From NCBI GenBank assembly GCA_965223295.1, contig CBDCWC010000002.1, positions 288,001 to 352,000 of the forward strand: a DNA stretch of 64,000 nt, given 5' to 3'. The notes below the pieces were generated by a model. It made no database searches. It was given only the letters and a program-made list of their open reading frames with translations, and was not told the origin of the DNA. Each line of letters opens with the position of its first letter. Position 1 is the first letter of the stretch. Source of the DNA: Nitrospirales bacterium. GTDB lineage: Bacteria > Nitrospirota > Nitrospiria > Nitrospirales > UBA8639. Shown here one piece after another: positions 47,721 through 58,394 of the stretch. Made by a program: the position numbers and the translations under genes.

Positions 47721-50027
47721 ATGAATAGCGCACAATCCAGGGTTGGTCCAGCTCCCTCCCTCCCTCGGACTTCTTTTTTTTCGAGAATCGGAGTTCGGAC
47801 TATCAGACGATGGACGGATAAGCTGGCCACGGCCATTGTGACCTTTGGGGGATTAGCGACCATTCTGAGTATTCTTGGTATTTTTCTTTATCTTTTTATA
47901 GAAGTTGTTCCGTTATTTTATTCGGCTTCAGCAACAGAAGGATCAAGCATTTCTGTGAAGGCTCAGAGTTCTGCAGGTGAATTGCCGAGTCAGGTTGGTG
48001 TGGGTGTTGATGAGTACATGAAAGTTGCCTATGTCATTCACGGGGGGCATATTGCGGTGTTCCATGTAGAATCGGGAAAGCCGATCCCTGTTGATAAGTC
48101 TTTGAATCTAGAAGAGGAGTTTATTACGGCTGTTGGCCGGTCAGGCACTCAAGGCAATAGCTATGGTCTTGGAACAGCAGATGGTCGAGTGATTCCCTTG
48201 GCAATCGATTTTCGGGTGAACTTTCTTGATGGAGTCCGGAGTATTCAACCGGAAGTGTCAATCGGCGATCCATTAGTGATTTTTGAGACATCGAAGCCCA
48301 TTGAGCGATTAGCTTATCGTGAAACGAATGATGGTGGCTCAGTTTCTGCTGCCGTGAGTGAGACAGGGAAGATCCAGATTTTGAAAATGGTTGAAGAAGA
48401 AGGAGGCCTATTTTCTTCTGAAGTAGAACAAACTCTGAGTCGAGGACAACTCCCATTGGAAGCCACGAGCGTGCCCACGGCCCTACTCTTGGACGGGGAA
48501 GGTGAAACGTTGGTTGTGGGAACAACACAAGGCCAACTCTTGTATTGGAACATTACAGCAGCGGAGGCTCCCAGGCTGATGGGGACTTATCAAGCTGCCG
48601 CATTTTCAGAAGAGAGTATCACGGCACTGTCATATCTAATCGGCGATCGAACCATTGTCGTAGGAACGAGTACAGGAAACGTGTCAGTTTGGATGCCCTT
48701 TGTTGACCCAGATAAAGGTGGAGATCCTCGGTTAACAGAAGTTCGGACATTTTCTCAACATCAAAAAGCTGTCACTACAATATCTCCATCGCAGCGGGAT
48801 AAGGGATTTTTGACCGCCGATGCCAGTGGAGAAGTGTTTCTTCATCATTCCACTTCTGGGCAAACATTAGCGAAGATTTCTGGTCAGGGAAGCCCAGTTC
48901 AGTCTGTCATGTTTTCCCCAAAAGGTGATGGCGTGATTTTGGCGGATCGCTCTGGAAAGGTCATGACCTATGAGATCGAGAACGAACATCCTGAAACAAC
49001 AATGGCGTCAATTTTTAGGCCTGTTCTTTATGAAGGGTATGACCAACCTCATCATATTTGGCAATCCTCCAGTGGATCTGATGACTTTGAACCCAAATTC
49101 GGCTTATGGCCACTTATTTGGGGAACGTTAAAGGGAACGTTTTATGCCATGTTATTGGCAACGCCACTAGCCATATTCGGGGCTATCTATACGGCGATGT
49201 TTATGCATCCGGACCTTCGGTCAGTGGTCAAGCCAGTGGTGGAAATTATGGAGGCGTTGCCGACTGTTGTGTTGGGTTTCTTAGCCGGTCTCTGGTTAGC
49301 CCCCTTACTTGAGAAAATTTTTCCAGCGGTTGTAGGGATGTTTTTCATGATTCCACTAGCGTTGGTCTCGATGTGTTTGCTCTGGCAGGTCCTACCTGCT
49401 TGGGTGAGACGTGGGGCTGGATCGACAACAGAATTTTTGGCTTTTGTGGTTGTCTTGCTAGGATCCCTGTATCTCTGTATTTCTTTCAATACACACATTG
49501 AATCGTGGTTGTTTCATGGAGACTATAAGGAATGGCTATCCTCCACATTTGGTGTAGGGTATGACCAACGTAATGCCATGGTTATTGCCTTTGCCATGGG
49601 CATGGCGGTCATCCCCACGATTTTTAGTATTTCCGAAGACTCGATTAATAATGTCCCACGGCAGTTAATTGCTGGTTCACTGGCGTTGGGTGCGACGCCT
49701 TGGCAAACTTTGACCAAGTTAGTCATCGTGTCCGCCAGTCCAGGGTTATTTTCAGCATTGATGATCGGTCTGGGCCGGGTCGTTGGAGAGACGATGATTG
49801 TGCTTATGGCTACGGGAAATACGCCAGTGATGGATATGAATCTCTTTAATGGGTTTCGTACCTTGTCTGCGAACATTGCCGTGGAAATGCCTGAAGCTCC
49901 AGAAGGGGGAACATTGTTTCGGTTGCTCTTTTTGGCAGGGCTGATTTTGTTTGCTTTTACCTCTGTGGTGAATACGATTGCTGAAATTATTCGTCAAAGA
50001 CTTCGTGCGAAGTATAGTCAGTTCTAA
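47721..50027 (+). CDS. pstC: phosphate ABC permease PstC, long form with beta-propeller-like insert
   Basis: LPTVVLG, GRVVGETM, RTLSANIAVE; large soluble beta-rich region. Confidence 0.92.
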   Translation: MNSAQSRVGPAPSLPRTSFFSRIGVRTIRRWTDKLATAIVTFGGLATILSILGIFLYLFIEVVPLFYSASATEGSSISVKAQSSAGELPSQVGVGVDEYMKVAYVIHGGHIAVFHVESGKPIPVDKSLNLEEEFITAVGRSGTQGNSYGLGTADGRVIPLAIDFRVNFLDGVRSIQPEVSIGDPLVIFETSKPIERLAYRETNDGGSVSAAVSETGKIQILKMVEEEGGLFSSEVEQTLSRGQLPLEATSVPTALLLDGEGETLVVGTTQGQLLYWNITAAEAPRLMGTYQAAAFSEESITALSYLIGDRTIVVGTSTGNVSVWMPFVDPDKGGDPRLTEVRTFSQHQKAVTTISPSQRDKGFLTADASGEVFLHHSTSGQTLAKISGQGSPVQSVMFSPKGDGVILADRSGKVMTYEIENEHPETTMASIFRPVLYEGYDQPHHIWQSSSGSDDFEPKFGLWPLIWGTLKGTFYAMLLATPLAIFGAIYTAMFMHPDLRSVVKPVVEIMEALPTVVLGFLAGLWLAPLLEKIFPAVVGMFFMIPLALVSMCLLWQVLPAWVRRGAGSTTEFLAFVVVLLGSLYLCISFNTHIESWLFHGDYKEWLSSTFGVGYDQRNAMVIAFAMGMAVIPTIFSISEDSINNVPRQLIAGSLALGATPWQTLTKLVIVSASPGLFSALMIGLGRVVGETMIVLMATGNTPVMDMNLFNGFRTLSANIAVEMPEAPEGGTLFRLLFLAGLILFAFTSVVNTIAEIIRQRLRAKYSQF

Positions 50028-50034
50028 TGTACCA

Positions 50035-51666
50035 ATGAAAACATTTCTTCAAAAATTCTGGAACTCGGGGACGCTGTTCATTTGGATATGTGGGGGAGCC
50101 GTGGCGACCTCCGTATTAATGGTCAGCGGGGTGCTCTTGCTCATTATGGTGAATGGGTTAGGGTATTTTTGGCCATCCAATCTCGTAGAGTTCGAACTCT
50201 CTGACGGCAAGAAAATTTTGGGCGAGGTCAAACATCGGGAAGTGATTCCCAGTTCTGTATCGGAGCGACTTCCCGAAGGAAAGAGTCGGCTCAATTTGAA
50301 AATCGGCAATCGTGATCTGTATGGATTGGATTTTCGGTGGATTGATGAAGATCAAATTGTTCGTAACCACATGCCATTAGCGGCTACAGTCTTCGAGCGC
50401 CGAGAATGGGGGAATTTCTATGGTTATGTCGAGGAAATCAGGCAAGGGGAATCCGTGCTGGTTTCTGGCGAAGAAAGTTGGAAATTGCTTAATCCTCTCA
50501 TAGAAAAGGCCAATGCGCTGCACGAAGAGATTGCCTCTATTGAAAAAGATGAAATTGGTGATATTAATCATGAGATTGAGCAGGCACGTTTGCGTATCAA
50601 AGGATTGGAGCTACAAGGAAAGAGTGGGTCTTCAGAAATTTCCGACCTGACCGCAGATGTGAGAAACCTTGAATCCCAATATGAACAACATGTTCAGGGT
50701 TTGGACGTGCTCCGAGAACAACTACGGGAGTACGCTATTGTGTTGCGAGATACGAATGGCGAGATAAAGGAACTGCCGATTGGGCAAATTATAGCCGCTC
50801 TTCGGCCAAATGAGATGAGTGTGTTCGAGAAAGCTCTCACGTACGTAAAAAACTTTTGGAATGTATTGACTGAGGAGCCTCGTGAAGCCAATACCGAAGG
50901 TGGAATTTTCCCCGCTATTTTTGGAACCGTTATGATGGTATTGATCATGAGTGTGGCTGTTGTGCCTTTTGGTGTGTTAGCCGCGTTCTACCTTCGTGAA
51001 TATGCTAAGCAAGGCCCTCTGACTCGTGCCGTGCGGATTGCGGTCAATAACCTTGCTGGCGTGCCCTCAATCGTGTTTGGAGTGTTTGGCCTCGGCTTCT
51101 TTGTCTATGCGGTAGGAGGTACGATTGATACGTTCTTTTATCCTGAAGCCTTTCCGAATCCAACCTTTGGGACAGGCGGGATTTTATGGGCTTCTCTGAC
51201 CTTAGCCTTGATGACTGTCCCGGTTGTGATTGTGTCGACGGAAGAAGGATTGTCGGCGGTCCCCAAAGAATACCGGGAAGGGTCAGTTGCACTTGGTGCC
51301 ACAAAAATAGAAACGATGATTCGAGTCATTTTGCCTACGGCACTTCCAGGAATTCTTACTGGCCTGATCTTGGCAATCTCCAGAGCCACCGGGGAAGTGG
51401 CACCACTCATGTTAACCGGAGTGGTGAAGCTTGCGCCGTCTTTACCAGTCGATGGTCTGTTCCCTTTTGTCCATCTTGACCGAAAATTTATGCATTTGGG
51501 TTTTCATATTTATGATGTAGGATTTCAGTCGCCGAATGTCGAAGCAGCAAAGCCTATGGTGTATGTCACGACGCTGGTGCTGGTTTTGGTTGTGGTCATG
51601 TTGAATATTACCGCTATTGCTGTGAGAAATCATATGCGGAAGAAGCTGCGTGGGGCTTCTGTTTAG
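50035..51666 (+). CDS. pstA: phosphate ABC permease PstA, long form
   Basis: NNLAGVPSIVFG, ALGATK, GEVAPL; start set at ATG 50035. Confidence 0.93.
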   Translation: MKTFLQKFWNSGTLFIWICGGAVATSVLMVSGVLLLIMVNGLGYFWPSNLVEFELSDGKKILGEVKHREVIPSSVSERLPEGKSRLNLKIGNRDLYGLDFRWIDEDQIVRNHMPLAATVFERREWGNFYGYVEEIRQGESVLVSGEESWKLLNPLIEKANALHEEIASIEKDEIGDINHEIEQARLRIKGLELQGKSGSSEISDLTADVRNLESQYEQHVQGLDVLREQLREYAIVLRDTNGEIKELPIGQIIAALRPNEMSVFEKALTYVKNFWNVLTEEPREANTEGGIFPAIFGTVMMVLIMSVAVVPFGVLAAFYLREYAKQGPLTRAVRIAVNNLAGVPSIVFGVFGLGFFVYAVGGTIDTFFYPEAFPNPTFGTGGILWASLTLALMTVPVVIVSTEEGLSAVPKEYREGSVALGATKIETMIRVILPTALPGILTGLILAISRATGEVAPLMLTGVVKLAPSLPVDGLFPFVHLDRKFMHLGFHIYDVGFQSPNVEAAKPMVYVTTLVLVLVVVMLNITAIAVRNHMRKKLRGASV

Positions 51667-51730
51667 GGACTTTTCTGCCTGATACTTCTATGTCATCTAT
51701 TCGTTTCATTCCACGGGGGAAATCGATACA

Positions 51731-52609
51731 ATGGGGAACGTTATCCAAAAAACTCATAAGTCCCTGAAGGTCGAGATTGTGGGGAAGCAACCCAGGTCTG
51801 CGCCATTAGTAGAACAAGAGTCAATAACTATGGATAGAGCCGAAGAACAGCCGATGCAACCAAAGTTTTTGGTGCAAGATATGAACTTTTTTTATGGCGA
51901 CCATCAAGCCTTGTTCAAAATTAATTTGAATATTCCTGTTCATCAGGTGACGGCGTTTATTGGGCCGTCTGGTTGTGGAAAATCGACTTTGCTGCGCTGC
52001 CTTAATCGTTTGAATGATCTCGTAGATGGGAGTCGCGTGGTCGGTAATATTCTTTTGGATGGTCAAGATATCTATGACCCTTCTGTGGACGTCACCGATT
52101 TGCGAACCCAAGTTGGCATGGTGTTTCAAAAAGTGAATCCATTTCCGAAATCCATCTGGCAAAACGTGACGTATGGTCCACAATTGCGTGGCATCAAACG
52201 TAAATCCGATCTTGATGATATTGTGGAGAACAGCCTTAAGGGCGCTGGTTTATGGGATGAAGTCAAAGATCGGTTGCACCAAACAGCGTTAGGGTTATCT
52301 GGAGGCCAGCAGCAACGTTTATGTATTGCCCGTGCCCTTGCCGTTAATCCGGATGTCCTGTTGATGGATGAACCCTGCTCGGCTCTGGATCCCATTTCCA
52401 CTGCCAAAGTTGAAGAATTGTTACATTCCCTCAAAGAACAGCTGACGGTTGTGATTGTTACACATAATATGCAACAAGCAGCTCGAGTTTCTGACTTGAC
52501 GGGATTTTTTCTCATGGGTGAATTGGTTGAGATAGCTGAAACCAAAAAGATCTTTACGAAACCAACTGATCATCGAACCGAAGATTATGTCACCGGGCGA
52601 TTTGGATAA
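51731..52609 (+). CDS. pstB: phosphate ABC transporter ATPase
   Basis: [38 protein letters not shown]. Confidence 0.97.
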   Translation: MGNVIQKTHKSLKVEIVGKQPRSAPLVEQESITMDRAEEQPMQPKFLVQDMNFFYGDHQALFKINLNIPVHQVTAFIGPSGCGKSTLLRCLNRLNDLVDGSRVVGNILLDGQDIYDPSVDVTDLRTQVGMVFQKVNPFPKSIWQNVTYGPQLRGIKRKSDLDDIVENSLKGAGLWDEVKDRLHQTALGLSGGQQQRLCIARALAVNPDVLLMDEPCSALDPISTAKVEELLHSLKEQLTVVIVTHNMQQAARVSDLTGFFLMGELVEIAETKKIFTKPTDHRTEDYVTGRFG

Positions 52610-52648
52610 ATTTCATGATGACCGTTGAGTATAGAGGGAACACAGACT

Positions 52649-53308
52649 ATGGTACGTCACTTTGATGAAGAGCTCTCGAGTCTCAAGCAGAAAATTTTAC
52701 GAATGGGCTCTTTAGTGGAAGATCAAATTCGGCAGGCGTTGAATGCTTTAGTTCGGCGTGATGATACCTTGGCAGAAGAAGTGATATCCAATGATCATCA
52801 AGTGAATGCGATGGATGTGGACGTCGATGAGGTTTGCCTAGAAATGCTGGCCTTACAGTCTCCTGCCGCAAGAGATCTTCGTTTTATTACGACGGCAATG
52901 AAAATTTCGACTGAATTAGAACGAATGAGTGACTTGGCGGAAAATATTTGTGAACGTGCGATCGAGCTGCACCAAGAGCCTCAGTTGAAACCTTATATTG
53001 ATATTCCATTAATGGCGGATCATGCCATAAAAATGGTGGGAGAAGCCTTGGATGCGTTTGTCCGTGGTGATTCAGGATTAGCGAGAAAAGTTCTCGATGA
53101 GGATGATTATATCGATGAACTCAATGAGCAAATTTTCCGGGAACTCTTATCGTTCATGATGGAAAATCCTCAAACGATTTCCCGTGCGATCCGTCTGTCT
53201 TTTATCTCGAAATATATTGAGCGCATTGCCGATCACGCCACCAACGTTGCCGAACTGGTCGTCTATATGGTGGAAGGCAAGATCATTCGACATATGACCT
53301 CTCCCTAA
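52649..53308 (+). CDS. phoU: phosphate signalling protein PhoU
   Basis: PAARDLR, ELERMSD, IERIADHATNVAE. Confidence 0.96.
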   Translation: MVRHFDEELSSLKQKILRMGSLVEDQIRQALNALVRRDDTLAEEVISNDHQVNAMDVDVDEVCLEMLALQSPAARDLRFITTAMKISTELERMSDLAENICERAIELHQEPQLKPYIDIPLMADHAIKMVGEALDAFVRGDSGLARKVLDEDDYIDELNEQIFRELLSFMMENPQTISRAIRLSFISKYIERIADHATNVAELVVYMVEGKIIRHMTSP

Positions 53309-53401
53309 GTCTTTCTTCTCTCCGAATTCGTTCCTTTTCCTAGCATCCAATCCAGGATAAGATAGAATGGATAGATAAACTCTTTCGATGAGTTATTGTC
53401 A

Positions 53402-54799
53402 ATGAAGCAACCCAATTCTCAGAAAATTTCCCAAAGTCGTGGTATCTCTGCCAGCGTGACACCGGATACGGCCATGAATATGTTGTCACAACAGGAAGTC
53501 GAGAAACTGCGTGAGACGAGTGAAGGCGGCCTTCATGAACTGTTTAGAAATAGTGCGTTGGCGGTTCTTACAAGTGGGAATGATACGGACGATACCAAGG
53601 CTTTTTTCTCTCGCTACGTTGATTTTGATATCGGTTTAGTCCAGCGGGATCGAGGCGTCAAGATTGAACTTACCAATGCGCCGGCCAGGGCGTTTGTGGA
53701 TGGAAAGTTGATTCAAGGGATTAAAGAGCATCTCTTTTCCGTCTTGCGTGACATTATTTATGTCCATAACGAAATTCAACACGATGAAAAATTTGATTTA
53801 ACGACCTCGTCTGGAATCACCAATGCCGTCTTTCATATTTTACGCAATGCTGACGTGATTCATTCTGTTGAGGATCCTCATCTTGTCGTATGCTGGGGAG
53901 GTCATTCAATTGGTGAGCGTGAATACCGGTATACGAAAGAAGTGGGACATCAACTAGGCTTGCGCGGCATGGATATTTGTACGGGCTGTGGGCCAGGGGC
54001 GATGAAGGGACCTATGAAGGGAGCGGCTCTAGCTCATGCCAAACAACGGATCAAAGACGGGCGGTATTTAGGGTTAACAGAGCCTGGCATTATTACCGCA
54101 GAAGCCCCGAATCCCATTGTGAATGAACTGGTTATCATGCCAGATATTGAGAAACGCCTCGAGGCGTTTCTTAGGGTTGGACATGGTTTCTTAGTATTTC
54201 CGGGAGGAGCTGGGACGTTGGAAGAAGTTCTTTATCTCTTAGGTATACTCCTTCACCCAGATAATGAAGAAATTCCTTTTCCCCTCATTTTTACAGGCCC
54301 AAAGGGGAGCGAAGACTATTTCGAGACGATTGATATGTTTGTGAAACAGACACTTGGGATCCAGGCTGCACAACGCTATCAAATTGTTATCGATGATCCT
54401 CAACGTGGTGCTAATGAGATGATGTCCGGCATTCAGCAAGTGCGGGAATTTCGTAGAAAAACCCACGACGCATTCTATTTCAATTGGCATCTAACGATTG
54501 ATCTTGAGTTTCAACAGCCATTTAGACCAACACATGAGTCAATGGAAAAGTTAGACTTACATCTTGACCAACCCATCCATATGTTGGCGGCCAATCTACG
54601 CCGAGCTTTTTCAGGTATAGTGGCCGGCCATGTCAAAACTCACGCGCTCAATGCCATTGAGCAACATGGGCCGTTCAATATTCATGGCGATCCGTCGATT
54701 ATGAAATTAATGGATGACCTTCTCCAATCTTTTGTGACTCAAGGTCGGATGAAAATTGACCAACACAACTTCCAGCCCTGCTACGAAATCATTGCCTAG
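53402..54799 (+). CDS. ppnN: pyrimidine/purine nucleotide 5'-monophosphate nucleosidase (LOG family)
   Basis: VCWGGHSI, CTGCGPGAMKGPMKGA, PDIEKRLEAF, PGGAGT, ANLRRAFSGIVAG. Confidence 0.9.
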   Translation: MKQPNSQKISQSRGISASVTPDTAMNMLSQQEVEKLRETSEGGLHELFRNSALAVLTSGNDTDDTKAFFSRYVDFDIGLVQRDRGVKIELTNAPARAFVDGKLIQGIKEHLFSVLRDIIYVHNEIQHDEKFDLTTSSGITNAVFHILRNADVIHSVEDPHLVVCWGGHSIGEREYRYTKEVGHQLGLRGMDICTGCGPGAMKGPMKGAALAHAKQRIKDGRYLGLTEPGIITAEAPNPIVNELVIMPDIEKRLEAFLRVGHGFLVFPGGAGTLEEVLYLLGILLHPDNEEIPFPLIFTGPKGSEDYFETIDMFVKQTLGIQAAQRYQIVIDDPQRGANEMMSGIQQVREFRRKTHDAFYFNWHLTIDLEFQQPFRPTHESMEKLDLHLDQPIHMLAANLRRAFSGIVAGHVKTHALNAIEQHGPFNIHGDPSIMKLMDDLLQSFVTQGRMKIDQHNFQPCYEIIA

Positions 54800-54989
54800 A
54801 AGTTGAAAATTAACAATCGAGTCGTGAGAAGGACTCTGTTACGCAGTTTTCTTTGGATGTTCTAGAAAGCTTCTCAGAAACTTCTTGAAAAAGTTGCTTA
54901 TTTGAGATTCAGCGAAATTGTTAGTTGAGTAGAGACTTTTTTTAACCAACAGAAGAGTGATTTATCTGTCCACCGAGGATTACGAATGC

Positions 54990-56747
54990 ATGCCGAGCCA
55001 TTCTGATCTACGCCAGCTGCTCCGTCAGCTGGATGGACAGGGATATAAAGCCTATAAAAGTCTCGAAGGTTCGTATAACTTTGGGACATATACGCTCTAC
55101 ATTGATCATGTTCAGGGAGATCCGTTCGCTGAACCTTCAAAGGTTCGTGTTCGGATTGCTCATGATGTTTCAGGGTTTCCTGAAGATCTGTGGGCTAACA
55201 AAATTCGAGCTGTGGCTTTTCGGGATTATGTGGCCAGAGCGATACGCGCAGCTATCGCGGAGGTTGTGCGGGGCAACCGAGGAATTGGCAAAAGTGGGAT
55301 GGTTACTATTGATGCTGGAGGTCAGGAGGTCTTGGAACGAACGGCAGTGGTTTTGGGTGACAATTGGGTAGAAGCCCGCATGGAAATTGGGCTTCCTGCA
55401 CGAGGGCGGACGATTCTTGGTGAGCAGGCTGAAGCCATGTTGTCTGAGGAAATTCCGACCATTATTGATAGGGCATTACGATGGAAAGCAATTCCTGAGG
55501 CTCTGTGTCGGGACTTTGTCAATCAGGCAGAAAATTTCCATGCGATTCAATCGCAGTTAGCTTCCAAGAGACTCGTGGCGTTTGTGGCTGACGGGGCCAT
55601 GTTGCCTCGTGCTAGTGGCGCCTGGGATCTTCCGCTTGAGGCTGCTCAAGTGGCTAAATGGCATGCACCCGATTCGCTTTCTGTCTCTTTCCAGGTCCCT
55701 CATCCCGTCAATGGAGTAGCAAATTGCTCTACAAGGGTGAGGGGGCTGGGTGTTCCACAGGGTGTAACGCTGATTGTAGGGGGCGGCTATCATGGAAAAT
55801 CGACGTTACTGCAAGCCTTACAACGAGGGGTCTATCCGCATATCCCTTCTGACGGTAGGGAATTGGTGGTCATGGCTCCCAATGCAGTAAAAATTCGTGC
55901 GGAAGATGGACGGCGGGTAGAACAAGTCGATATCAGTGGTTTTATTCAACATCTTCCCAGGAAAGGGTCAACCACCACTTTTTCCACAAATGATGCGAGT
56001 GGGAGCACAAGCCAAGCCGCTAGCATTCTTGAAGCGTTGGAAGCGGGTGCTCAAGTTCTCTTGTTGGATGAAGATACCAGTGCCACGAACTTTATGGTTC
56101 GAGATGCGCGAATGCAAGCCTTGGTTCAGCGAAAGGATGAACCCATTACTCCCTTTCTTGATCGTGTGCGAGAATTGTATGAAACCTTTGGGGTGTCTAC
56201 GGTTCTGGTGATGGGTGGATGCGGTGATTATTTCGATGTGGCTGATCAGGTCATCAAGATGAATGAATTTTCTCCCGTGGATGTGACGAAAGAAGCCCGG
56301 AGTGTGGCTGTACAATATCCTTCAACACGGACACGGGAAGTGGGCGATTCGTTTTCCGCTAGTAAACCGCGAGTGCCTCAGCGCGAATCCATCAGTGCGG
56401 TCAAGGGCCGGCATCAAGCAAAAATCGTTGCATGGTCTCTCCATGAACTGGGTTTTGGGCAAGAGAATATAGATTTGATTGGTGTAGAACAGATTGTCGA
56501 TGTGAGTCAAACTCGCGCCATAGGGCAAGCCTTGCAGTTGGCGGCAAAGCGAATAATAAATGGAGTCAAGACCATTAAGGAAGTTCTTGAAGATGTTGAG
56601 AAGTTGTTCGATCAACAAGGGCTTGATGTTCTTTCACCATTTGCGATTGCCGAGCATCATCCGGGAAACTTCGCACGGCCAAGACGATTTGAAATGGCGG
56701 CAGCGTTAAATCGTCTTCGTACCGTTCACATGCAACAGAAGGATTAA
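54990..56747 (+). CDS. ABC-class ATPase of unknown function (COG3044-like)
   Basis: HVQGDPFAEPS, GGGYHGKST, KIRAEDGR, ASGSTSQAA, DEDTSATN, NRLR. Confidence 0.88.
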   Translation: MPSHSDLRQLLRQLDGQGYKAYKSLEGSYNFGTYTLYIDHVQGDPFAEPSKVRVRIAHDVSGFPEDLWANKIRAVAFRDYVARAIRAAIAEVVRGNRGIGKSGMVTIDAGGQEVLERTAVVLGDNWVEARMEIGLPARGRTILGEQAEAMLSEEIPTIIDRALRWKAIPEALCRDFVNQAENFHAIQSQLASKRLVAFVADGAMLPRASGAWDLPLEAAQVAKWHAPDSLSVSFQVPHPVNGVANCSTRVRGLGVPQGVTLIVGGGYHGKSTLLQALQRGVYPHIPSDGRELVVMAPNAVKIRAEDGRRVEQVDISGFIQHLPRKGSTTTFSTNDASGSTSQAASILEALEAGAQVLLLDEDTSATNFMVRDARMQALVQRKDEPITPFLDRVRELYETFGVSTVLVMGGCGDYFDVADQVIKMNEFSPVDVTKEARSVAVQYPSTRTREVGDSFSASKPRVPQRESISAVKGRHQAKIVAWSLHELGFGQENIDLIGVEQIVDVSQTRAIGQALQLAAKRIINGVKTIKEVLEDVEKLFDQQGLDVLSPFAIAEHHPGNFARPRRFEMAAALNRLRTVHMQQKD

Positions 56748-56780
56748 CTGTTCCTGTCAGGATATTCAAGCACACCATAC

Positions 56781-58064
56781 CTATAAGGTGACCCAGTCTT
56801 CCAGGAGGGCATCCATTTGAAATTCGATTTCCTCGGGAGGCAAGATTTTGACGATCTCAGGGCCCTGGCTTTCCGTTCCTAAGACAGAAAAATTAAAAGG
56901 TATAGGTTCTGAAAATGGTTGATGTGCTGAATTCTGAATCAACAATATGGTGGGATGAAGCAGATTTTCTTTGGAGTTTGCCGTGACGATGCCTCGCTCG
57001 CCAGTGCTGAGTTCGACAAAACTATAGGTCGGATAAATACCAATGAGATTAATAAAGTTGGTTGTTAACTCCGCATCAATGAGACCTTTCTTGGCCTGTT
57101 GATATAAGTTCTGAAGTGCGCTGCGGACGGTTTGTGGTTTTCCGTTTTTCTGACCGCTTAGCAGTTCATCATATTCATCGACCAAGCGTAGGATTCGGCT
57201 GGCCGGCTGAATAGTGGACGGATCAATATCTGTCGGGTAGCCGGATCCATCCAAAGCAACATGATGTTCGCGAATTAATTGCTGGACGCTTTCCGATAGC
57301 ATAGATTCTTGTATGAGTAAGTCCAGCCCACGTTGCGGATGAGTGTGGTAAAGCGCTAATTCTGATTCAGATAGTTGTTGAAAAGGTTTCTGGATCGTTT
57401 GAGGCATGTTCACGAGTCCCGCATCATGGAAGAGTCCAGCGGTTGCCAGATCTTGGCATGCGGATTCTTCTAACCCCACCGCTCGTCCTAACAACACGGA
57501 TAGGGTGCTGACCGCTAATGCATGATCATACAAGGCTGGGGAAAACTCCCTTGTGCGGATGAGGGAAATCGCAGCTTCTTCATGGTCAAGTGTGTTGGCC
57601 ATGATGGAGTGAGTGATGTCATTCACTTTCTCAACCGCGACTCCTCCCGTTTTCGAAAGAGTTTCAAGAATATCCTGAACGCCTTCCAACATGTGCTGGT
57701 GATTTTCTTTAATTTTGTGGAGTTCTCCTCCGAGAGATTTCCCTTGCACGGCATGAGGGAGATTCTCTATTCGTTCGATTTCAGTCTGTAGGGAATTTTC
57801 TGGTAGTTCTTGATGTGACTCAAGAGTAGAAGATTCAAGTACTTCGGGTTGAGGTTCAGTTTCTGAACCTGTGATCTCATCTAACCCCCGGTCCGTATCA
57901 ATGGTGATTTCTTTGATTCCGCATTGATGCAATTTGGTCAGGTCTGAAGATGATCGAATGAGAAACCGGTGCCGAAGGAACGGAGTGTCTAACCAGGAAC
58001 AGTCAATCCCACAGAGATACATGCCCACTTTGGCTGATGAAATTGGAATGGTTTTCTTTGCCAT
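56781..58064 (-). CDS. DUF3391 + HD-GYP phosphodiesterase
   Basis: KVGMY..SWLDTPF; LFHDAG; HH..DGSGYP. Confidence 0.9.
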   Translation of the reverse strand: MAKKTIPISSAKVGMYLCGIDCSWLDTPFLRHRFLIRSSSDLTKLHQCGIKEITIDTDRGLDEITGSETEPQPEVLESSTLESHQELPENSLQTEIERIENLPHAVQGKSLGGELHKIKENHQHMLEGVQDILETLSKTGGVAVEKVNDITHSIMANTLDHEEAAISLIRTREFSPALYDHALAVSTLSVLLGRAVGLEESACQDLATAGLFHDAGLVNMPQTIQKPFQQLSESELALYHTHPQRGLDLLIQESMLSESVQQLIREHHVALDGSGYPTDIDPSTIQPASRILRLVDEYDELLSGQKNGKPQTVRSALQNLYQQAKKGLIDAELTTNFINLIGIYPTYSFVELSTGERGIVTANSKENLLHPTILLIQNSAHQPFSEPIPFNFSVLGTESQGPEIVKILPPEEIEFQMDALLEDWVTL

Positions 58065-58394
58065 ATTGGTCGAATCCTACTAGTTTGTAGAATGATAGGG
58101 CGTGTTTTCTGAATGTTCTTGCACCCTATTTCCATTATCGGATTGAGCTTTGGGGTTCTTTATTAAGGATGTGCAGTCAAGGCAAAAGATTGAGTGAGTA
58201 GGATTGTCAAACCTGTTTGGTATTTTTATGGAGTGAGGGCCATGCGGAAAAATTTTTCTTGAGAAAGGAGCCTGTTCACCGTGGACTTACAATAAGGCAT
58301 CGCAAACAAAGGAAAATCGCTCAGAGCCTCCTAAGACTTAAGTTCACTATTTCGGCAGCCGAAAGGGAACTAAAAGTCATTATGGAGGACTGCG

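Noticed and set aside
58316-58324. Extra ATCGCTCAG matching the lexA repeat unit
   Set aside because: Single half-site with no partner at 11 bp; compatible with chance.
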